DNA of 64,000 bases from NCBI GenBank assembly GCA_965237675.1, contig OZ250150.1, positions 288,001-352,000 on the forward strand, in the 5' to 3' direction. The DNA is from Candidatus Latescibacterota bacterium. GTDB taxonomy: Bacteria > Latescibacterota > UBA2968 > GCA-2709665. This document shows positions 50,114-58,222 of this stretch, piece by piece (within the stretch, counting starts at the first letter, position 1; each line of letters starts with the position of its first letter). The notes below the pieces were generated by a model. That model saw nothing but the letters and a program-made list of their open reading frames with translations. It searched no databases and was not told the origin of the DNA. The translations under genes were made by a program, and so were the position numbers.

Positions 50114-53100
50114 TCAGTCCGAACTGCGCCGCGAATTGCACGAAATCGTCAAAGCCGACCTCGCCGTCGCCGTCGAAGTCAGGGTTGGCCTGACCCAAGT
50201 CGTACTTCGGTAAACCCTCGTCGTCCCGGTCCACGGGAAATCTCCGACGTCAGGGTTGGCCTGACCCAAGGCGGTAAAGGCCACGGGCTCCACGTCAGCT
50301 ACCGCTGCCACAACCGTATTCGTGCCCGGCAGGGTCCCCAGCGTGAGGGTCGTGGCGGCGCGCCCCTGGGCATCGGTCGTGTCGGTGGTTACCGACAGCG
50401 TTCCGCCGCCGGCGGTCACGACAAAGGTGACGGTGACGCCAGCGTACGGCTGCCCGTTCTGGTCCTGCACGGCAACCACGAACGGCATTGCCAACGCCGT
50501 CCCTGCCAGACCCGTCTGTTCCAGGCCGGCGGCCTCCTTCAGCGTATGCGGCCGGGGCACCACGCGCTGCATATCCCAGACCAGCATGGTGCCGTCCCAC
50601 GACCCGGAAACCAGCATCGTCCCGTCGGGCGAGAACGCCAGTGCACGGACCCCACCGGTGTGCCCCCGTAGCGCGGCGACCTCCTTACGTGCGGACACGT
50701 CCCACAGCCGGATGGCGCCGGACCAGTCCCCAGAGGTCAGTGCAGCGCCGCCGGGCGAAAATGCCAACGAAGACGTGTGAATTCGAGGCCGCGCGAGCGT
50801 GGCTACCTCTGAACGTGCGGCCACGTCCCACAACCTGATCCTCCTGTCACCTCCCGACGAGGCCAGCAAGGACGCGTCGGACGAGAACGCCAGTGCATCT
50901 ACCCCACCGATGTGTCCCTGAAACACGGCGGTTCCGGTCCGTACGGGCACGTCCCACAGCACGATAGTACCGTCCCGCGACCCGGACGCCAGGATGCCGC
51001 CGCCGGGAGTGAACGCGGCGGACTGGACCCTTTCCTGGCCCGTAGTCATCGTGGCGACCACATGCCGCTGCCCGAAGTCCCACACCCTGACCGTCGCATT
51101 GTCTTCCGCAGATACCAGTGTCGACACGTCGGGAGACAATGCCAGTGCAACGACCCTCCCGCTGTACCCGTCAAGCGCGGCGACCTGTTTCCGCCTCGCC
51201 ACGTCCCACAGCGTGATACGCGTGATACGATCGTGTTGCACCGATGCCAGCGTGGTCCCGTCCACAGAGAACGCGAGCGCGCCCGATCCGCCGGCGAGTC
51301 CCTCGAGTGGGATGACGCCTGATCGTGACGACAGGTCCCACAGCATGATCTCCCCACCTGACGATACGGCCAAGATGCTGCCGACTGGCGAGATCGCCAT
51401 GGAACCGAAGTTTCCAAACCCCGGCAGCCTGGACGTGCTGCCTGTCGCCACGTGGCGCATCTCGACTCCCTCATTCCCGCCTGAGACCAGCGTGGTCCCG
51501 TCGGGCGAGAACGCCAGCGACCTGACAGCGCCGCGTACGCTCAGCGCTTCACGTTCTTGGCGTGTAGCCACGTCCCACAGCTTCAAGGCGCCGACCCACG
51601 TACCTGACGCCAGGATGCCGCCGCCGGGAGAGAACGCCACGGCCGTGACCCCGTGACTGTGGATTGTCAGTGCTTCACGCTCCGCCCGTGCTGCCACGTC
51701 CCACAGCCGGACCGTGCGGTCCCACGAACCCGACGCCACGGTCCCTCCGTCGGGAGAGAACGCCACGGACATGACCCGTCCGCCGTGGCCCCGCAATACG
51801 GCGATCTCATCCTCTGCGTCCAGGTCCCACAGCCTCACGGTACTGTCTCTCGAGGCGGAGGCCAGCATCGTACCGTCCGGCGAAAACGACAGCGAATTGA
51901 CCCGGCGGGTATGCCCTTCCAGCACGGCGACTTCTCGCCGTGCTGCCACGTCCCACAACCCTACCGTTCCGTCGGTTTGGCCCGAGGCCAAGGTGGACCC
52001 GCCCGGTGAAAACGCCGCTACATTGTAATACGCCCCGTGCTTTTTCAAGGCGCCGCGCTGCGTGCCCGTATCGAGGTCCCACAGCCCGATCCTGCCCCGG
52101 TCCGCCATAGCCACCGTCGCGCCATTGGGGGAAAACGACACAGAGTAGGCGCCGCCAGACGGAAATAACCTCACGAAACGGGCAGCCTGAACGTCGTAGA
52201 CCCACGCGCCGATGGCAGTGGCCACACCCACGTAACGGCCATCGGGCGAGACGTCCACTGCACGGTCGCCTTCGCTGATATAGCCCATCCCCAGCCGCAT
52301 CACCGCGCCGACAGGCAGCTGCCACTGTTGAAAATCCCCTTCGGCAGGGACCACGCGCGTCCCCACGCCTTCTGCGTGAAACGTCGTCAACGTCCGCCCG
52401 CCAAGCGTCACCTCGACCACGTGCGCGCCCGGCACGGGTCCCAGCGTGAGCACGACAGAGGCACGGCCCAGCGTGTCGCTTTGTGTGCGCTGCGTATCGA
52501 ACGTGCCGCCCAGCCTGCCGCCACCTTTCGTGACCGTAAACGTGACTGCAGCGCCCGCATACGGTTCCCCCTGCTGGTCCCGCACCTCTACGACAAAGGG
52601 GCGCGGGAGGGCGGAACCCGGCGCGCCCTGCTGCCCGTCGCCGGATAAGCTCAACAGCTGTGAGGCACGCGGAACCACCCACTCTGACGTGTCCCACACC
52701 TCCACCACGTCGATGGCAGCGGCGGCCAGCTTACGCCCGTCGGCAGAATACGATATCGATCTAGCCGTTTTAGTGTGCCAGAACGTCTGCACAACGTCTT
52801 CACGGACAACGTCCCACAGCCTGACGGTTCTGTCACTCGACCCCGAGGCCAATATGCCGCCGCCGGGTGAGAACGCCAGTGCATATACGGTGCTCAAGTG
52901 CCCTGCCAGCGTGGCGATCTTTTCCCCGGTCGCCGCGTCACGCAATGTGACGGTACCGTCAGACATTCCCGATGCCAACAGGCCGCCGTCCGGAGAGAAC
53001 GCCACCGCGTAGACCCAACGCTCTTCCTCAAACGCAGAGACTGCTTTCCGGGACGCCACGTCCCACAGGATCACGGTATCGGTTCTTCCGAATGCCAGGA

Positions 53101-54697
53101 ACCTGCCATCCGGCGAGAACGCGGGCGATTCCTCTTGCCTTCCAGGGTGACCCTTCAGCACGGCCGTCTCCGCCCTTTCAGCCACATCCCACAACCGCAC
53201 CGTGCCGTCGTACGATGCCGAGGCCAATAGGCCGCCACCGGGTGAGAACGCCACGGACACGACGAAATCTTCATGCCCACGCAGCACCGCGATCTCTCTC
53301 TCCCTTAACACGTCCCACAATGTCACGGTTCCGCCAACCCCCCCCACAGCCAGGATGCCGCCGCCGGGTGAGAACGCCAGTGCGCTGGGTTCATCCCCAC
53401 GCCCCGTCAACCTGGTGATCTCTCTCTCTCTCATCACGTCCCACAGCACCACTGCGCCAGCGCCTCTTCCCGACGCTATCACATACCCCAGCGTTCCACC
53501 GTCAGGCGAGAACGCCGCCGACGTAACAGATTCAGTTTCAGTTTGCCTGCCCACAGACGTCAGCAGATACGGCGATGCCTGCGCAATCCCAAACATGCGG
53601 ACGGAGCCCGTCTCCCCTTTCGTGTCCGTCGCTGCAACCCTCATTCGACGCGACGGGGGATGCGAAAGACTCGTACCGGCAGACCCCGGCACAACGCCGT
53701 CATAGTCGAACGTGACCACCGCCGCCGTCTCCACCGCCAGCGCCCGGCACGTCTTCATCCGTGGGACGACGCTGCCTCCATCCGTCTCCCAGCTGAACAG
53801 GCTCACCTGGTAGACGCCATCCGGATCGGTGACACGCACCCGCAGCGCGACACGCTCCGCCCCGGCGGGATACCGGGCCCGCGGGCCGAGGAACGCGACG
53901 TCAGGCCGCCCCGACGGTTCAAGCGGAACCTCAGGATTGAAATACGGATGCACGGACAGATACCCCGCCGCGCACGCCGATAACCGATAGGGAGGGTTGT
54001 CGCTATATGACAAGATGTAGGCGTCGTCGCGGAAATCGTGCCATCCCATCCCGAAGGCGTGCGCCAGTTCATGCGCGGCAAGGACGAAGGTGAAGCGGCC
54101 AACGATCGCGTGACCACTGCGCTTATCTCCTCCGCCGAGGCCTGCCACGCCCCTGCCCCAATAAGTGTGAATCAAGCCCGAACTGTTGTCGACGAAGATC
54201 AGGTGAACGACGTTCATCCTCGAGAACACACGGCCGATCTCCCGCCGCACGCGCCCGTCCGTAACGACAAGATAATGGGCATCGCCGTGGTCGCCGTCCA
54301 CCCGGTGCACCACCGGGGCGCCGTCACAGTCCGCCTCATACCGAAACGTCATGGGTCCATACCCGTGCGCCGCCATCTGCTCGCCGAAGAACCGCTGCAG
54401 ACGACGCATCGTCGCCTTCATCGAGTCCACCATCTCCTGCCGAAAAGGGCGGTCGTTCGGCAGAAAGTAGAACATACGCACCGTCCTCGGTTCCGCCGCG
54501 TCAAGGTTCGACGCGCGCTTGTCCGCAGGCGAAGAATGGTCACGCAGCCACGCCTCATGGTCCACCACACCGCAGAAGTGTACGCTGTCCGTTGGCACGG
54601 ACGACGCGGAGCCCGCACCCGGCAGGCAGAACAACACCAGAAAGCACGACGACAGCCAAAACGAGGCGGGCAACCGATGTACTAAGCGTCTCTTCAT
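50114..54697 (-). CDS. Secreted zincin-WD40-Ig-WD40-Ig protein C with scrambled dockerin-like tail
   Basis: HELAHAFGMGWHD..YILS; ~21 WD40 repeats; two Big_1-like domains (PFVVEVRDQ, VTFTVT.GGG). Confidence 0.85.
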   Translation of the reverse strand: MKRRLVHRLPASFWLSSCFLVLFCLPGAGSASSVPTDSVHFCGVVDHEAWLRDHSSPADKRASNLDAAEPRTVRMFYFLPNDRPFRQEMVDSMKATMRRLQRFFGEQMAAHGYGPMTFRYEADCDGAPVVHRVDGDHGDAHYLVVTDGRVRREIGRVFSRMNVVHLIFVDNSSGLIHTYWGRGVAGLGGGDKRSGHAIVGRFTFVLAAHELAHAFGMGWHDFRDDAYILSYSDNPPYRLSACAAGYLSVHPYFNPEVPLEPSGRPDVAFLGPRARYPAGAERVALRVRVTDPDGVYQVSLFSWETDGGSVVPRMKTCRALAVETAAVVTFDYDGVVPGSAGTSLSHPPSRRMRVAATDTKGETGSVRMFGIAQASPYLLTSVGRQTETESVTSAAFSPDGGTLGYVIASGRGAGAVVLWDVMREREITRLTGRGDEPSALAFSPGGGILAVGGVGGTVTLWDVLREREIAVLRGHEDFVVSVAFSPGGGLLASASYDGTVRLWDVAERAETAVLKGHPGRQEESPAFSPDGRFLAFGRTDTVILWDVASRKAVSAFEEERWVYAVAFSPDGGLLASGMSDGTVTLRDAATGEKIATLAGHLSTVYALAFSPGGGILASGSSDRTVRLWDVVREDVVQTFWHTKTARSISYSADGRKLAAAAIDVVEVWDTSEWVVPRASQLLSLSGDGQQGAPGSALPRPFVVEVRDQQGEPYAGAAVTFTVTKGGGRLGGTFDTQRTQSDTLGRASVVLTLGPVPGAHVVEVTLGGRTLTTFHAEGVGTRVVPAEGDFQQWQLPVGAVMRLGMGYISEGDRAVDVSPDGRYVGVATAIGAWVYDVQAARFVRLFPSGGAYSVSFSPNGATVAMADRGRIGLWDLDTGTQRGALKKHGAYYNVAAFSPGGSTLASGQTDGTVGLWDVAARREVAVLEGHTRRVNSLSFSPDGTMLASASRDSTVRLWDLDAEDEIAVLRGHGGRVMSVAFSPDGGTVASGSWDRTVRLWDVAARAEREALTIHSHGVTAVAFSPGGGILASGTWVGALKLWDVATRQEREALSVRGAVRSLAFSPDGTTLVSGGNEGVEMRHVATGSTSRLPGFGNFGSMAISPVGSILAVSSGGEIMLWDLSSRSGVIPLEGLAGGSGALAFSVDGTTLASVQHDRITRITLWDVARRKQVAALDGYSGRVVALALSPDVSTLVSAEDNATVRVWDFGQRHVVATMTTGQERVQSAAFTPGGGILASGSRDGTIVLWDVPVRTGTAVFQGHIGGVDALAFSSDASLLASSGGDRRIRLWDVAARSEVATLARPRIHTSSLAFSPGGAALTSGDWSGAIRLWDVSARKEVAALRGHTGGVRALAFSPDGTMLVSGSWDGTMLVWDMQRVVPRPHTLKEAAGLEQTGLAGTALAMPFVVAVQDQNGQPYAGVTVTFVVTAGGGTLSVTTDTTDAQGRAATTLTLGTLPGTNTVVAAVADVEPVAFTALGQANPDVGDFPWTGTTRVYRSTTWVRPTLTSTATARSALTISCNSRRSSD

Positions 54698-54781
54698 ACC
54701 ACCATCACTCCTTTTTCGTCAATACCCTGAACCACCCGAATCATCCTTGTCACCCCTCGCGCCACCCGCCGAGGATCGAGA

Positions 54782-55943
54782 CCCCTCCCCCGGCCCCTCC
54801 CCGACGCGGAGAGGGGTGCCGTGCCTGAGGTGCTGCCTTTCCGGTCGGTACACGTGTAAGTCGCGCAGGGGTGAATCGATGCTGCAGGAGATCCTTCGTC
54901 AGCCTGACGGCTTCCTCAGCATGACAAGGCGGGAACAGGCAGGGCAATCCTTTTTTACGTCGGCGTTCCCATGCCAGGAATCGAGGCGGGCAGACAGGAA
55001 TGTCTGCCCCACCCTCACACCGGCCTCCTCAGGATGACAGTTTGTGCCGAGATCTGACAGACAGGTTTCGCCAAGGGTTATCGCAATGCATGTCATTCTG
55101 AGCGAAGTCGAAGAATCTCCCGTCTGTTCGTTTGTCCTTAACGCAATAACGCAGTAAACACATGTGCGCGGAGACATCGTCGGCATCGAGGCAGGCAGAC
55201 AGGAATGTCTGCCCCACCTTCACACCCGCTTCCTCACAGTATAAACCCACATGGGCAGGCAACGCCTTGCGGATGACGAAAGGCCAACCGGTATTCTGAG
55301 CGCACGCGAAGATTCTCTCGTCAGTTTCGTTCTGCGCAGGAGGCGGACGTGCCGCGTGTCAGGTCGGTAGACGTGCAAGTCGCGCAGGGGTGAACCGATG
55401 CCGCAGTAGATCCTCCGTCAGCCTGGCGCCTGCCTGTGCCGGGCACGGCAGACAGGGCTTCCTCAGGATGACAGTTTGTGCCGACACCTGACAGACAGGT
55501 TTCGCCAAGGGTTATTGCAAAACATGTCATTCTGAGCGTAGTCGAAGAATCTCCCGTCTTCTTGATTGTCCCTGACGAAAGCGCGCAGTAAACACATCTG
55601 CGCGGAGATATCGTTAGTCTTCCGGTTTCCTCGGCACGACAGTGCGGGCACAGGCGGGGCAAGCCTTTTTGCCATCGCCGTTCCCATGGCCGGCATCGAG
55701 GCAGGCAGGAATGTCTGCCCCACCGTCTCATACGCTTCCTCACAGTGCAGGCCCACAAGGGACGCCCCTGCACACGCAACGGGGCGCATGCGGTGCCTGA
55801 GGTCGGGCGGACACGTCGTCACGTGGACGGCATGTGCTGACCGCGAGGATGGACCGACGCGTGGGATCGGCATTTGCGGTACCGGCAGGTGTGTCGCGAA
55901 ATGCGTCGCTACTGTCGCTTCTTGCGACAGTAGAAGGGCCATC
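54782..55943. repeat. Composite REP cluster
   Basis: Same modules as 45727-46752 and 42854-43190 in a shuffled order. Confidence 0.85.
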
Positions 55944-58151
55944 TTATACGGACTGGCCGAAGGCTTTGACGAAGATGAGAAAGTCCGTGAAGCCCACGCT
56001 GCCGTCGTCGTCCAGGTCAAAGCGCTGGTCATAGCCGGCCTGCCCCCGACTGAACCCGATCTTTTCGGCGAATCTCACGAAGTCGCCAAAACCCACCTCC
56101 CCGTCGCCGTCCCAGTCCGGGACGCGGGGTCGCGGCGTGGTGAACGAAGCCGTATCCCACAACTCGATCCAGGTTACGGTAGCGGCAGCCAACGTGCGGC
56201 CGTCGGGGGAGAACGCTATCCACCTTGCGCGACCTGGATTGACGAACGTCTCGACGATGCTTCCGCTGTGAACATCCCACAGGTCCACCCGCCCGTAGTT
56301 GGATGCGACTGCCAGGATGCCGCCGTCAGGTGAGAACGCCAGAGCCCGGACAAAACCACGTCGATACCCCTTCAGCGTAGCGATTTCGCTGCGTGACGCC
56401 ACGTCCCACAGTCTTACGGTACCGCCCCCCGACCCCGAAGCCAGGATGCCGCCGTCAGGCGAGAACGCCACGGAATAGACGTTCCGCCTATGCCCTTCCA
56501 ACGCAGCGATTTCTTCCCGGGACGCCACGTCCCACAGACGAATTGTCCTATCGGATGACCCGGACGCCAGGAGGGTCCCGTCGGGCGAGAACGCCACGGA
56601 CCATACCGGTGAAGAATGCCCGTGCAGGACGGCATACACTTTTCTGCCTGCCACGTTCCACACGCTCACGGTTCCATCAAACGCTGCCCCGGCCAACAGC
56701 CGGCCATCAGGCGAGAACGCCAGGTCCCAGATAGAAGATCGTGGATGCACCTCCAGCGTGCCGATGGGTTCCCGGGACGCCACGTCCCACAACAGGACCT
56801 CTCCCGGCGAATCGGCCGCCAGCACGGTCCCGTCGGGCGAAAACGCGACGGCAAAGACATCAGCGCGATGCCCTTCCAGCCTGGCCGCCTCCTCCCGTGC
56901 CGCCACGTCCCACAGCCTCACGGTGCGGTCCCTGTACCCCGCGGCCAATAGCCCGCCGACGGGCGAAAACGCCAGCGATTGAACCAGATCCGTCGATTCT
57001 GCCTCGAGGGTGGCCAGGTGGTACGGCGACCGATGCGCAAAACCAAAAGGGATACTTACCCGGGCCCCGCTCCCATCCGTCACCCTGACCGTGAATATAT
57101 GTGCGTTGTCATCCGAAAGCGTCCCATTGGGACCGTGCGGAGGAACGCCGTCAACTTCGAACTCGACGATGCCGTCGGTCTGGCCTGCCATCATCCGGCA
57201 CGCTTTGACATTGGAATTGGCGTAAGTTCCAGGGATGTGATACGACACTACAACCGGGTGGACGCCGTCCGGGTCGCTCACCCTGAGCGGGATCGTGAGG
57301 TGCGTCGAACCGGGAGGATACCACAGCGACGGTCCGATGAACGTCACGGTGGGGTCCTCCGAAAAAGGGGTTTCAAATGGAATGTCGGGATCGAACCACG
57401 GCGTCACCGAGAGTTGACCCGCCGTGCAGGACGACATTCGTGGCTGAACTTGCCAGCCCCACGACATGACATAGTTGGAATCCCGGAAGTCGTGCCACAT
57501 CACGCTAAAAGCGTGGCCCAGTTCATGGGCGACTAACGTAAAAAAGAAACCCGCGCCAACCAGCGCTTCGCCTCCATGGCGACTCCCGCTTCCGCGTCCG
57601 AGATAGGTCCCGCGATTCGGCGTGTGTATATAATTTGTACTGTTATCAATCACAATGAGGTGAACCATCTCTCTAACCACATACGCCTCTCTATACTCCT
57701 CGTACGCGCGCCACGTGTCTTGAAGATAGTATGCGTCGCCATGTTCACCGTCCACCCGATGCACCAGCGGCTCGCCATCGGCGTCCGCCTCATACCGGAA
57801 GGTCCGGTACCCATACCCGTGCGCCGCCATCTGTCGTCCGAAAAAGGCCTGCATATCACGGATCATCACCTTCATCGAATCCACCACCTCCTGCCGAAAG
57901 GGGCGGTCGTTCGGCAGAAAGTAGATCATACGCACCGTCCCCGGTGTCGCCGCGATGCGTTCCGCTGCACGCTTGCCCGCAGGCACAGGGTGCTCACGCA
58001 GCCATTGCTCGTGGTCCACCACCGCACAGAAATGCACGCCGTCGGGATGCGGGAACGAGCCGGATCCCACGGCCGCGGGGCACAGCAGCACCAGAAAGCA
58101 CGTCGCCAGCCAGGACGTTGCCGGCAATCGATTCACTAAGCGTTTCTTCAT
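55944..58151 (-). CDS. Secreted zincin-WD40-dockerin-like protein D (intact)
   Basis: Signal peptide, HELGHAFSVMWHD..YVMS, seven WD40 repeats, PDWDGDGEVGFGDF / FDLDDDGSVGFTDF. Confidence 0.88.
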   Translation of the reverse strand: MKKRLVNRLPATSWLATCFLVLLCPAAVGSGSFPHPDGVHFCAVVDHEQWLREHPVPAGKRAAERIAATPGTVRMIYFLPNDRPFRQEVVDSMKVMIRDMQAFFGRQMAAHGYGYRTFRYEADADGEPLVHRVDGEHGDAYYLQDTWRAYEEYREAYVVREMVHLIVIDNSTNYIHTPNRGTYLGRGSGSRHGGEALVGAGFFFTLVAHELGHAFSVMWHDFRDSNYVMSWGWQVQPRMSSCTAGQLSVTPWFDPDIPFETPFSEDPTVTFIGPSLWYPPGSTHLTIPLRVSDPDGVHPVVVSYHIPGTYANSNVKACRMMAGQTDGIVEFEVDGVPPHGPNGTLSDDNAHIFTVRVTDGSGARVSIPFGFAHRSPYHLATLEAESTDLVQSLAFSPVGGLLAAGYRDRTVRLWDVAAREEAARLEGHRADVFAVAFSPDGTVLAADSPGEVLLWDVASREPIGTLEVHPRSSIWDLAFSPDGRLLAGAAFDGTVSVWNVAGRKVYAVLHGHSSPVWSVAFSPDGTLLASGSSDRTIRLWDVASREEIAALEGHRRNVYSVAFSPDGGILASGSGGGTVRLWDVASRSEIATLKGYRRGFVRALAFSPDGGILAVASNYGRVDLWDVHSGSIVETFVNPGRARWIAFSPDGRTLAAATVTWIELWDTASFTTPRPRVPDWDGDGEVGFGDFVRFAEKIGFSRGQAGYDQRFDLDDDGSVGFTDFLIFVKAFGQSV

Positions 58152-58222
58152 ACCACCATCGCTCCTTTCGCGTTATTTCCAATCTCACGTCCATCAAAGT
58201 CTCGCCGTGCCGTTCTTCTGCA

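Noticed and set aside
42854-55943. CRISPR array
   Set aside because: Repeats are irregularly spaced, the intervening DNA is itself repeated, and there are no cas genes.
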